The position numbers and the translations under genes are program-made. Below are positions 1 through 12,399 of a stretch of 64,000 bases of DNA, piece by piece. The stretch comes from the human T2T-CHM13v2.0 reference genome, Homo sapiens. Numbering within the stretch: the first letter of the stretch is position 1; every line of letters begins with the position of its first letter. The notes under the pieces were generated by a model. It was not told the DNA's origin. It did not search any database and saw only the letters and a program-made list of their open reading frames with translations. Location of the stretch: assembly GCF_009914755.1 (NCBI RefSeq), contig NC_060936.1. One strand, given 5' to 3'.

Positions 1-21
1 AAAACAAAACAGCACAGAATG

Positions 22-273
22 TCCATCAAGGTCATTAATAGAATGTATTATTGACTCATTTTATAAGAAAAACTTTTCAAAGGCTACTGGCAGGCCCTGA
101 GTATGGTCTGAGGTCTCCAAATCCTCATATCAGATGTAAATATCCATCAAGGTCATTAATAGAATGTATTATTGACTCATTCTATAGAAAAACTTTTCAA
201 AGGCTACTGGCAGGCCCTGAGTATGGTCTGAGGTCTCCAAATCCTCATATCAGATGTAACTATCCATCAAGGT
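22..273. repeat. Tandem duplication, 120-121 bp unit, about 2.1 copies
   Basis: TCCATCAAGGT recurs at 22, 143 and 263; the units are near-identical with one 1-bp indel. Confidence 0.95.
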
Positions 274-297
274 AATCCTCCCCAGGGAAGGGAAGTC

Positions 298-428
298 CCT
301 TCCTTCCCTACCTCCCTCCCTCCTTTCCTCTCTCCCTGTGTCTTTCCTCCCTTCCTCCTTCCTTTCCTGCCCTTTCTCCCTCCCTCCCTCCCTCCCTTCC
401 TTTCCTTTTTCCTCCCTCCCCTCCCTCC
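298..428. repeat. CT-rich low-complexity polypyrimidine tract
   Basis: (CCCT/CCTT)n-like run. Confidence 0.9.
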
Positions 429-1311
429 TCATGGGAGGCAGTGTGCCTGCCCTTGGCTCTTGGTTGGTGTCTGCCCTCACATGTCTTCATCACAGGACAG
501 ATTTTCTTTCTGTCCCATAGACCAGCCTTTCCAGACCCTTTTTGAGGGACAGCAACGCTTCCTTGTTGCTGGCGGGCAACCATTCTTGTTTAGGGAGATG
601 TGAAGGTTTTTCAAAAGAAACAAGCCATGTGGACAAAGGAGTGGAAGGAAAGGTTAGGATTCTGGAGATACTGGGCTAGAATACAAAGGCTACAGGTCCA
701 TAGGGAAGAGGAATCTGGGGGAGACTTAGTCAAATGTTCTAGGGGAAAATATTGAAATGTCAGCGGGTATCTCTTTCCTTCTTCCCTTCCATGAGGAACA
801 GGCACAAATATGAAGGAGAACTGACCTCAGAAGTTGGAGGCAGAGCTTTCTCTCAGCTCACTTGACCCAGAACTGACCCTTTTAAAGCTTTATACCAGGA
901 ATTCAGCAGTATATGAGATCCATTCACATAGTCCTAGAACCATTAAGCAATGCAGACAGACTCTTGGAACGTGGTATGGATTTCTGGCAGTTCCCCTTGT
1001 GACATGCGCCCCTCAGCCTGTCTATTGGGACCTGCTTGTTTATCTTTCTCTCACTCTGCCAGTAGTCATTGACCTGGTTTCATCATTGCTTTGGAGAGCT
1101 ATTCAGTATGTTCCTCCTCTGTCCCTAAAAGCCACTGCTCCTTAATAACTCAGTGTGTGGCCAGCCTATTCTGAATTCTCTCTGAGGCATCCCTCTAGAT
1201 TCCTGTTTTTATTGAGTAGCTACTGTGTGCTAGACAATGCAGTTCACTACTTTTACTCTGATGGGTCTTCAGATCTCAACAGGGTCTTCATATTGGTCTC
1301 CATTTTTAACA

Positions 1312-1530
1312 GCATAGTGGTTAAAAGCACTGACGTTGAAGTCGGCTTCTGCTATTAGCAGCAACATGATTTTGGACAAGTCCCTTAACCTCTTTGAGCC
1401 TTAGTTTCCTAACCTGTAAAATGAGATTGATATTAGTTCCAATTTCATAGGACTGTTGTGGAAATTAAACGGGTTAATATGTATAAAATGCTGGGCTCCA
1501 TATCTGACCCATTATGAGTTCTCAATAACA
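1312..1530 (+). mobile_element. MIR SINE
   Basis: gcatagtggttaaaagcac...ggacaagtcccttaacctctttgagccttagtttcct...ctgtaaaatgag, the MIR core. Confidence 0.8.
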
Positions 1531-2018
1531 ACATGCTTTTATTATTCTCATTTTGGGGGTGATTATAATGACCCAGGGCACAGGGTAGTCCTCTTTGGAG
1601 TAGAGTGTGCAAATTTTCTTCTCTGAATTGCTCTCTGTGATGGGTTACAAGGATCTTCCAAGCATAGAGAGGATCTAACAGTTCCCAGGTTGATCTCTCC
1701 ATAAAACTCCATTTTCCCATGAAGAGGAGACTATAGAGTAAGTTCCAAGATCATTAAAGGCAACTGTAGGCATCTTGTAGAGCTTCCTTGCAATCAGAGA
1801 GCCAACTAATGTTGGAGTTAAAGGTCCTTAGAGAGCACTTAAAAAAAAAGAGAGAGACTTACAGGTTATGATCACATCAGAACTAGTGGCAGCCTAGGCC
1901 AGAAGTCATTTCTCCTAACTCCCAAGGCAGCATTCTTTCTACCCCACCAGGATTTCTCATGTTGTATATGTTTTGCCTATCTCTCTCTGTCTTGGTTTAC
2001 CTTCCAACCTTCATTCTT

Positions 2019-2030
2019 TCTATCTGTCTG

Positions 2031-2078
<48 letters not shown>

Positions 2079-2182
2079 CTATCGATCTATCATCATCTAT
2101 CTATTATCTATCTATTTAATCTATCATCGATCTATATCTATTCTGTTATCAATCATCTATTTAATCTATCATCGATCTCTAT

Positions 2183-2237
<55 letters not shown>

Positions 2238-2250
2238 CTCTATCTATCAC
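2019..2250. repeat. Compound (TCTA)n / GATA tetranucleotide microsatellite
   Basis: Two pure TCTA arrays separated by degenerate units. Confidence 0.95.
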
Positions 2251-3343
2251 CTATTTAAGCCAGCTCATCTATCAGGACCTTTTTCTCTAAACTGAAGCTT
2301 TTTCACATCCCAGTTTATGAGGCGTGAAAGCTGAGCTGCTCGGGCCGCAGGCAGAAGCAGGCCCAGCTCCCTGCTTACTGCTTTTCTTTTGCCCTCTGCG
2401 GCAGCCCTCGAGACTGCCCACACTCTTACCTTATCAGTACTTGTGCATCTGTTTCTTTGACATGGTTTCAAATTCCACTTTTCTAACCAGTTTTTCTGGT
2501 ACATGGAGTTTTTGAAGCGGTTCTGTCTTAAAAGGGGGCTGTCACCTAATTTTCTCCATATGATACATTGTAAAAGGAGAAGTATTTGGACAGATCACGC
2601 TGAACTTTGATCTTTCCAAGGAGCCTCGAAGCCAGTCTGACTCTAACACTGGCCAGAGTTCTGTAGGATGGGAAGGACCCTAAAGTAAACAAGCCGACAC
2701 CCCACTTTCAACAGTCCAAATATTTCTGTCCTCAGCTTGCAGCACATCCAGGATCAAGTTCCAAAAATTCCATTTAATTTTTCTTGGCTTCTATATTTAC
2801 TTAGTTACAATTGGACCAGAAGGGGTCTTGGCACCAAAAACCTGTAAGGAAAAAGCTCTTTCTTTAAACTTTGTTGCCCAATTTTGTAGACATTACAGGT
2901 TCAGATAAGGTTGTGGGTGGCCCGTCAATTCTTTCTACATGTTGTTCTAAAATGAACCCAAACCCTGCCACCTCCTGAGATTCCCTAGTCAGACTGTGGC
3001 AATAACAAGCGGACATTCCTGATTTTAAAGCCAAGTTTTCCTAAGGGTCAGCTCTTCTCAGTGCTCTTTCTCCTAGCCATGTATGTCGCTTGACCTGGAG
3101 GTGAGGGGAGAACAATGGTCTGAGCCTCTTCTTCTGGCCCCTGTGCAGCTGCTTAGAGGCATCTGTGTGAATGCGCACTCGTTGTTCACCTGAGAAGGTG
3201 AGAGAAGTTTCTGGAAGCATTGCTTTAACTTTCTTAGTTACTTCATACTTTTAAACCCCCAAGCTGTGCCCCATCAATTCAGTCTTCTACTATAGCGGTT
3301 TTAATGATAGCTATGTAAGTAGTTTCTTTGCCACTTCGGGTAG

Positions 3344-3346
<3 letters not shown>

Positions 3347-3380
<34 letters not shown>

Positions 3381-3396
3381 TGTGTGTGTGGTGTGT
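3347..3396. repeat. (TG)n microsatellite
   Basis: Directly visible. Confidence 0.97.
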
Positions 3397-3424
3397 AGGA
3401 GGGTAAGGGCAAGTTAAGGAGCTC

Positions 3425-3580
3425 ATTATCTTCTGAGCTCCATGAGGTCAGGGAACATGTCCGCCATGTTTAGTGCTGTGTCGTCTATCCTCTGGGCTTA
3501 TCACATACCAGATACAAACAAGACAAGGATGTTGCTTTTGTGAGCTTCAAATAAATATTGGCTGAAGGAATGAGTGAACA
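3425..3580 (+). mobile_element. L2 3' end fragment carrying a short L1-derived insert
   Basis: gagctccatgaggtcagggaacatgtc...aataaatattggctgaaggaatgagtgaa resembles the L2 3' terminus. Confidence 0.7.
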
Positions 3581-3934
3581 TCTGCCTTACTGTATTAATA
3601 GGTCTTTCCTTCCATTGCAGAGTTAGAAAGTAAACCATTCTCTGAGACCCAGGACATGGACTTTAGTGGACTGTCGGTTTGTATCCATAGGGACTGGTCA
3701 GTGGGGCTACCCTTAAATCAAAGAGGTCATTCATGTGATATGCTTTGAAGGGTATTGGGAGTTCTTAACATCCAAAATCATCCCATATTTTAAGGCTTGA
3801 CAGTCCAGCGTTTGAGATAAATTTATTTTGGTCTTAAGTGTTGTTTGTTTGGCAGTAGTTCTCCATGGGAACGTCAATGTTCCTCATGGGACATCATCTT
3901 TGGATTTGTTAGTCAGATGAAACAGCAAGATATG

Positions 3935-4105
3935 GTGAGCAGAGCATTGTTTTTGGAATCAAATGGACCTGTGTTCTAACGCTGTTTCCACCATTAACCA
4001 TCTGTGTGACTTGGATAGTTATTTGACCGCTCTCAGTGGGTTTACTTTCTGTAAAATGGGGATAATAATACTTGCCTGTCGAACTCATGGAGATAAATTG
4101 CGTAG
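3935..4105 (+). mobile_element. MIR SINE
   Basis: ctgtgtgacttgga...ctgtaaaatggggataataatac. Confidence 0.75.
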
Positions 4106-4753
4106 TTACAATTGTACATTACAATTGAGTGTGTAAGGTGTCCAGCTATGTATTGGCACACAGAAGACCCTCAAATCACATGAAGTATTTTCCCTACTTT
4201 TCTCCTTCCTAAGAGCCAGATCCTGAGGAAGAGGCTGTGGGTGGCATGGTTTGGGTGGGTGATGATGGTAAGAACAGATGGTAATGAGAACGAATCTTGT
4301 CACGGATTTAAAAATTTTTCTGGGTGGGACAAGTCTCATTGACTAATATTGGTTGATGGCATGTAAAACTAGAAACTAGAGAAATACAAAACTTTTTCTA
4401 GTTATTTTATTGGAACAACCCAACCGGCTTTATGCAATGCCTTTGTGCACATGTGAAAAGGTAGCACAGGCCAGGTATCAGTTACTATTTGCCCCATCAG
4501 CCACTTGCCCTGTGCAGTGAACTACCTGTCCAATATATGAGATGGGCCTGCCAATCAAAGAGATCAAATTTGTGTAAACTTGGCTGAGTCACTAAAGATA
4601 GAAATTTGTGGAGGAAAATTCATGATTTAAGTCAGAAGATCTGGTTCAAACCACTTCCACTACCAACTCTAACCCAGAGCATGTTTGTGAGATAAGTAAA
4701 TACTCCAAATGCCAGTTGCTTCATGTATAAAACAATGATAATGATGCTATCTT

Positions 4754-6130
4754 TGTAATCTATTCTTTATAACAAATTACCTTAAAATTTATCAGCTTAA
4801 GAAAGAAACAGCATTTATTATCTCACACAGTTTCTGTGCATTGAGAATGCAGGAGCAGATTAGCTGTTTGGTCTGGCTCAGTGTGTCCCATAAGGTCATG
4901 GTCAAGATGTTGGTGGGTCAATGAACATAATACAGCACAGCAACAGAATGAAAACCAAAAGCCCACGGTCATATCAGTAGATGCAGAAAAAATATCTGAC
5001 AAATCCAAAACACTTCCCTGATAAAAACACTCAACAAACTAGGAACAGAAGGGAGCTTCCTCAGTCTGGCAAAGAGTATCTGTGAAAAGCCTACAGCTAA
5101 TATCGTATTAATGGTGAGACTAGATGCTTTCCCCTGAATTTCAGAAATAAGACAAGGATGTTGCTTTTGTCACTTTTATTCAGCATCATATTAGGGGATC
5201 TAGCCAGGGCAATTGGGCAAGAGAAAGAAGTAAAAGCCATCCAGATTGGAAGAAAAGAAATAAAACCATCTCTGTTCACAGATGAAATGATCTTGTATAT
5301 AGAAAATCCTAAGGAATCCACTAAAGAAAACTATTAGAACTAATAAATAAGCTCAACAAGGTTGCAGGATACAAGATCAATATACAAAAATCCATTGTAT
5401 TTCTAAATACTTGCAATGTACAATCTGAAAATCCAATCAAATCAATTCCCTTTACAGTAGTATCAAAATGAATAAAATACATAGAAATGAAATTAAAAAA
5501 GTGGAAAACTTATACTCTGAAAACTACAAAATATTGTTGAAAGAAATTAAACAAGATCTAAATAAATGGATATTCCATGTTCATGGATCAGAAGACTTAA
5601 TGTTGTTAAAATGGCAATATTCTCCAAACTCATCTACAGTTTAGTGGTTGCTTAGGGCTGGGGAAACTGGGAAGATATGGAGGTGACATCTGAAGGTTAT
5701 GGGTTTTTGTTTTTGTGGTGAAGGTGTTCTAAATTTGACTGTGGTGATGGTTGCACATATCTGTGAATGTACTAAAAACTAGTGACTTCTATCCTTTAAA
5801 TGAGTGAACTGTATGGTATGTGAATTATATTTAAAAATGCTGAGTGTGACTGCAGTTATCTGAAGGCTTGATAGGAACTTCAGGATCCATTTCCATGTTG
5901 TTCCTGCCCCACTGGGCCACTGAGCATCCTCACAAGATGGCCGCTGGCTTCCTCCGGGGGGAGGAACCCAAGAGAGTATGAGGTGAAAGCCAGAAAGTCT
6001 TTAATGACCTAATCTTAGAGGCCACACTCCATCATTTCAGGTGAGCCCTATTCAGTGTGGGAGTGGCTACAGAAGGGCATGAATATCAGGAGGAGAAAAT
6101 CATTTGGAACAGCTCGGAGGCTGGCTACAC
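4754..6130 (-). mobile_element. MLT1-type (ERVL-MaLR) LTR split by an L1 insertion (parts about 4754-4918 and 5838-6130), itself inside a MIR
   Basis: aacaaattacc...catttattatctcacacagtttctgtg...gtcaagatgttgg resumes at ctgcagttatctgaaggcttga...ggaggctggctacaca; MIR halves lie at about 4625-4750 and 6133-6220. Confidence 0.7.
4919..5837 (+). mobile_element. L1M fragment: ORF2 (RT region) joined directly to the 3' terminus
   Basis: tcagtagatgcagaaaaaatatctgacaaatccaa...aaggttgcaggatacaagatcaata...ccatgttcatggatcagaagacttaa, then gtggtgatggttgcaca...tatggtatgtgaattatat (L1MB/MC-like tail). Confidence 0.88.
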
Positions 6131-9100
6131 AAACACCTGCCTCACGGGGTAGCTTTCATGATCACATGAGGTAATGGGTATAAAACATATTGTAAACTTT
6201 AACCTGCTCTATCAATATTCAATATTGTTCATCTTATAATTGACATGGATTTGTTGTCCAAAGCTAACTGAAGTTTGCTTATTAATGTTTACTGCTTTAG
6301 TTGGTCAGAATTAGTGTCCTAGAACTCTCAACTATCTGCAAAATTAAGGTATGTTTTTGAGACTATGTCTTTATTGACATTTAGATATGATGGAGAAGCT
6401 AGTAGTTCTAGAATTTACCAGGAGTGAGACCCATACAGCCCTGCTTGTCAATTCAGCACCTCATTTATCTCCTCACAGATTTATTATGTGGGCCGAAAAG
6501 AGGCAAATTATGTTGTAAAATTATCAAAGAGAAGGGGAAAGAAACCTCAAAACTGGGACCCAAGAAGAAACACTGACTTTCTTTGGGTTATTATCTAGGG
6601 AGATGTGCTTTGCTCCTCAACTTGTGTGGGATCTGGTCCAGCTTCAGGCCAGCCCCAGGAGTGCAGTTTCAGACAGGATGGAGATGAGGGTGTGGTGGAA
6701 CTTCAGCCAGATGTCTGGAAGCGGCCAGCTCCCTGGCTTTGTGGCTGCCTCTCCCTCCCATGTTTATGGCTCCAGAAACACAATACTTGTGGCCACTAAA
6801 GCCCAGGACAGCAGTGGATTCCAGGCTGTCTTCTGGTGTCTACTGGTTATGATTCTATCACAGGCAACACACAGAGTTTAGGTTCAACACCATCATGAGA
6901 CTGCAGTCACAGGTTCACAAGCTAAGGGTAGAGGCTGGTTATTTAGACAGTTTCCCTAACTGGTGTGTATGTTTCTCTCCAACTTACTGAGTCTAGTGCT
7001 TTCTTGATTTCCAGGGGATCTCTTAGGAGAACGCTAGTCTCCCACCTGCTTGGTCCAAGCTTACTCCCCTAGTTGCCTAAGAAACCTATTCTCTCACCTA
7101 CCTAGGTATTCTCTTTCATAATTTTACAAATGTTGTTTAACATCTGTGTTAGCCATTTCCAGAATGTTCAGAAATCTAATCTCACGTAATCATCAATGGA
7201 ACCCGGTGGTGTTGGTAATGCTATCATCATTTGAAGACTGAGGTAATGAGAACACGAAAGGTTGGCCAACGTGTCTAGTAGCACACAGCTGGTAACTAGT
7301 TCCCCAACCCGGATTCTCTGGGCTTCCTCCTGACTCTGCCCCTCTTTTCTTTGGCCCCAGACACTAGGATTTCCCTAAACCTATGGCATCTCTACCCTTT
7401 CTAGGGGAAGAGAGTGACCTGCTACAATTAATCCTCATAGAAATGGATGATGTTTCTATAGGCTGTGTAGGCCATTCTCCCTAAACACTCTCTTCTGGTT
7501 TGAGTCGTTGCCAGGAGCTCCAACCTAGCCCTTTCAGAAGTTAATGAGGAGACAGCGAATCCTGGGAATAGCCAGCGACCACTGCAGGGTAAGCTTACAG
7601 TAACTGAATAGCAAGGTCTGCTCTGTAAGCCCCAGATGAGCTCTGGAATCATTCCTGCCGTCTGAGTCTCCTCCCCACTGGGCTTGTTCAGAGGGCACCC
7701 AAATTGGTTTGGGCTCCATCCTGGTGTGCTTTCCTGCCTCGTGATGGGGTAAAAACTGGGCCATCCTCTGCGGGCCTGCAGAAGCAGGAGGGAGGACACA
7801 GTGATGCCTTATGTGGAGATCTGGTCACTCGTGCTGCCTTGTGACCCTCTTTAGCACCGAGGAAAAGCTATGAGAGAGCAAGTACTCAACAACCGCTTTT
7901 TGGATTTAATTAAATTGTAACCAATATTTTGCCTCCCCCTACCCTCACCCAGAAAACTTATTCAAATAAAATACATGTAAATGAAATTTCTTTCTCCCTC
8001 TCTTCTTTCCCCCTCCCTTCTCTCCCTTCCTTCACCCAGCTTTTTTTTCTCCTCTTTTATTCCTTACCTTTTTCTATACCTCATAACATTTATAAAGAAT
8101 GTCAACACTCTCCAAGTACCTTTCAGTCTCCCAAGCCCTGCACACAAAGGGCAGATTTTGAACAAATAATGAACCTCCCCCAAATAATCTCATCTGATCT
8201 GTTTCACCACTTTTACCCACAATGCATATCAAATATAAATGATCACTAATTCATTTCATCCCAAATCCTAGTGCTTGTCCTATTTTATTTTTTCCACCTT
8301 CTGCATTAAAATACTATGATTCATAGCCCTCCACTCCCACCCCCGGGGGTAGAGTGGGTGGGAGGAAGAAACAACCCAACTTCTAGTTTTCTGCCAGTGG
8401 CCTGTAAGGTTTCTGAGCAGATGATGAGGGAATTAGCTTTCAGCATTCGTAAATTTGTGGCTGGATCACTTTGGTAATCTGTGAGTATTCAGTAAGTTGC
8501 TACCTAGTACCTCCTCCTACCACTTCTTTTACTTTTTTTTTTTTTCAGTTTCATTCTATTATTTAAAGGAACACTTCTACTTTTTGTGAGTTTCGTTTCT
8601 TACAGTAATGAGTGCCAGTTGCCTAATATTTGGGGCAGATGTCAAATTTACTTAAATCATATTATATACTGGCAATTCTGTTCTCAACCAACTCAGGAAC
8701 TTTAAGGACTTCAGAAAGGCATGATTCAGCAATTGACCTCAAGAAAATGTTACACAGAGAATCTCTTGACCAAGCTCCAGAGTTTTCTTTAAACAATTTA
8801 CCCAAAGTTCTTCAATACAGAATGCAATAGCGTAGCCCAACAATTTTTGCTGATGTCTGACTTGAAAGGAGGCTATATTGAAATGATGTAAAATCAGTTC
8901 TTAGACTCTCTTCAAAGAAAAAGCCATGTATGACAAGTGGCAGAGAAATCAAACTACAGGAATGAAAACACAACTCTTAATGCCGTAGTCATGCTCAGGG
9001 AGTATTTGAGAATTTGCACCTGGCAACTTAGTTAAAAGCAACCATACATTTATGTATTGTAAAAGGTATGATTCTGAAGGACGAAAGGAGGAATCCTGTA

Positions 9101-9672
9101 GGAGAGAAAAAAAAGGAACATCAAGCAAGTGAATTCCAATAGTTTAAAGGGTTCTCTGGGAAGAATTTTTTTAAAAGACAAAGAAGTCCAAGGGAGCTGT
9201 TTGTTCCATAAGAAAACAATATGGTTCTAATAATATAAGAAAAAATGATCTTGATCTATGAGAAAGCAGGGAAGGGTAGAAATAAATTAACTTGGCAGGG
9301 CTAAGGGTTGCTTTGAAATGATCTCAGAAGTGGTAAGTTTGCCAGGCTACCAGTAAAAAGGATGGAAAAAAATGGAAATAATTTGCTTAGAAAACCAGAA
9401 AAGCCAAAGTAGGAAATGAAATGCAACTCTCAAAGGACATAAAGAGAAACAGAAAAATGCCATATATTAGTTAAATACTTAAGACATAAATGAGAGATAT
9501 AGAAAAACATCCTTCACAAGTGAAAAAAGAAAGCTAAAAATATGGGATACTTAAATGCCAAACTTAAAAAGATTTTTAAATTGTGAAAGCAATTTCACAC
9601 ATCGAGTTCATATATGAACCATTTTGTATGGGTTTTGAAAAGCAAAATTTTGGTGCATTTTCTTCCAGACCT

Positions 9673-9936
9673 GAGCCATATAGAACTTGAAATGTGGCTA
9701 GTTCAAATTGAGATGTACTGTAAGTATAAAATGCAGACTGGATTATGAAGATTTAGTTAAAAATCTCATGAATAATTTTATATCGATTACATGTTGAAGT
9801 TATTATATTTTGGATAGTTATGTTAAATCAATATATTAAAATTAATTTCATCCATTTGTTCTTAAAATTTTTAACGTGTTTCCTAGAAAATTTAAAATTG
9901 CATGAGTGGGTCACGTTATGTTTCTATTGGACAGTG
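9673..9936 (+). mobile_element. MER33/MER3-like hAT-Charlie DNA transposon fragment
   Basis: cttgaaatgtggctagt...aattgagatgt...tttctattggacagtg terminal motif. Confidence 0.7.
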
Positions 9937-10171
9937 TCATTCTATTTTTTGTCTTCTATATGAACGATCAGGAAGTTTTTGTTAAACCAAGATAACAGTA
10001 CTAGAAAATGATCATGTGAAGTTAATTAAAATAAGAGTGAAAATTTCATAATAAGCAGTTAAAAAGATTATGATTTTATCTTGGGAATGTAATGAAATTA
10101 TAAAAATAATTTTATTGTAAGTATTTTAAATAAAATTTAAGTTATACTTGCAATTTTATACCAATTCTTAG

Positions 10172-10461
<290 letters not shown>

Positions 10462-11189
10462 TTAAAAGAAAATGAAAGCTTCAATACCACATCTTTGACC
10501 GCATGTTTGATTTTTTGGTAACAATTAAAAAGGGAAATTTTTTGTAAAAATATTTGAAGAGTTCATAAATTCCTCAAGAGTCTCTTTTAAGACTTTAACT
10601 GTTACATCATTCTCTTTTGCAGGACCTGTCTCGTATCATCCTTGTTGACTTTCTCTTTGTTTTTTTACCACTCTAACTCTCCAGCTCCTTATCTGCTAGT
10701 GGTTTTGCATGTGATTTGTGTAGTTCTCCAAACTGCCTCTCATACTTCATGAAATCTTGCAACTGTGGTGACTTAGATAGTGAATATGTGGGTAATGAGG
10801 ACCCTTGTATATATTTACATAGCTGGGGTGACACTGTTGTACACTGCAGTGTACAGGTCTATCGTATACTGCCACTTAATATTACATCACAGTTATTTTT
10901 CCATATCTTTAGGAATTCTTTTTTTTGCATCCTTTTTACAAGTACTTTAAGAATTCTTTAGAAACATCATCTTAAGTGAATGAGTACATAATAATCGCTC
11001 TTATGAGTAAACTATAATCTATAATTTATGGAATCATTCCCTATTATTGGATGTTTATGCTGCCTCTTTTTTCCTCTTTTTTTTTTTTTTGCTATTATAA
11101 ACCATGTAGGAAATAACCTCTCTGAACACAAATCTTTATTACATTCCCATTTTTGTTTCTAATTACAGGGTAAAAAGTTAGACATTTTA

Positions 11190-11465
11190 GGCTGAGCGCA
11201 GTGGCTCATGCCTGTAATCTGAGCACTTTGGGAAGCTGAGGTTGGTGGATTGGATTGCTTGAGGCCAGAAGTTCAAAACTACCCTGGGCAACATGGCGAA
11301 ACCCCATCTCTTCAAACAATTAGCCAGGCATTGTGGTGTGCACCCATACTTCCAGATCCTTGGGAGACTGAGCTGGGAGGTTTGCGTGAGTCTGGGAGGA
11401 GGAGGTTGAGATCATGCCACTGCACTCCAGCCTGAGCAACAGAGGGAGACTCTCTCTCAAAAAAA
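11190..11465 (+). mobile_element. AluJ
   Basis: Diverged full-length Alu with ttgcttgaggccag and ctgggcaacatggcg; TSD-like aaaagtta(tg)gacatttta on both sides. Confidence 0.92.
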
Positions 11466-11910
11466 GTTATGGACATTTTAATCCAAACTGCCAAATGGTT
11501 TTCCTGAAGATTAATAATAGTTAATGCCCTTACTAGCAGTGAATAACCTCATGGAATCATACTCTTGCCAACACTGAATATTACCAAGAAAAATATTTTT
11601 GCTAATCTTATATGTGAAAATAATATCCATCTATTTTAAATTAGAATTTCTTTGATGATGGCTTAGAATGTTCATTAACTATGTACAATTTTTTTGGATT
11701 CTCTGTTCATTTTTTTTCATTTATCTATGGTGGATGTTTTTGTCCTTTGTAAGAGGCTTTCTTCTATATTAAAGGCATTAACCCTTTGTCTAGCATATTC
11801 GTAAAAACTTAGGTTTTTACTTTCAAAATTATTGTTAAATAGTTTAAATATATACAAAGAAATAGAGAATATTTATAAGAATTCTGTATACTCACCACCA
11901 GTTTTACATA

Positions 11911-11939
11911 TGACCTTAGCCAAAAGGCTGAGAAGCGAT
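11911..11939 (-). pseudogene. U2 snRNA 5' fragment (nt 1-29), tailless retropseudogene
   Basis: Reverse complement ATCGCTTCTCAGCCTTTTGGCTAAGGTCA versus U2 5' end ATCGCTTCTCGGCCTTTTGGCTAAGATCA (27/29); flanked by a direct repeat with core ccagtttta. Confidence 0.88.
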
Positions 11940-12075
11940 CGCTGCCAGTTTTAAAATCTTAAAGTTTGCCGTATTTCGCAAAACATGTTAGAAGTAATTG
12001 AATCCCTGGTGGAACTCCCCTCACTGCTCATTGCCATGCTCCACTATTCTTCTGTCTGACCCCAACCAGAAAAGC

Positions 12076-12399
12076 TTCTCCTTCTCCTTCTCCTCCTTCT
12101 TCTTTCTTCCTTCTTCTTTTTTGTGACAGCGCCTCACTGTCACGCAGGCTGGAATGCAGTGGTGTGATCATGGCTTACTGCAGCCTTGACCTCCTGGGTT
12201 CAGGTGATCCTCCCACCTCAGCCTCATGGGTAGCTGGGAGCACAGGCACACGCCACCGTGCCTGGCTAATTTTTGTGGTTTTTGTTGAGGCAGGGTTTCG
12301 CCATGTTGCCCAGGCTGGTCTCGAACTCCGGGGCTCAAGCAGTCTACTTGCCTGAGCCCCACAAAGTGCTAGGATTACAGACGTGAGCCACTGCACCCG
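12076..12399 (-). mobile_element. AluJ with a (CTT)-rich tail
   Basis: gtgatcatggcttactgcagccttgacctcctggg...gggctcaagc, AluJ diagnostics. Confidence 0.92.

Noticed and set aside
22-273. Repeat array as CRISPR-like
   Set aside because: Plain tandem duplication with no unique spacers, in mammalian DNA.
3077-3197. Possible exon (tctttctcctag| ... AAG|gtgaga, alternative donor at 3100)
   Set aside because: Isolated splice-like motifs occur by chance; there is no partner exon or reading frame.
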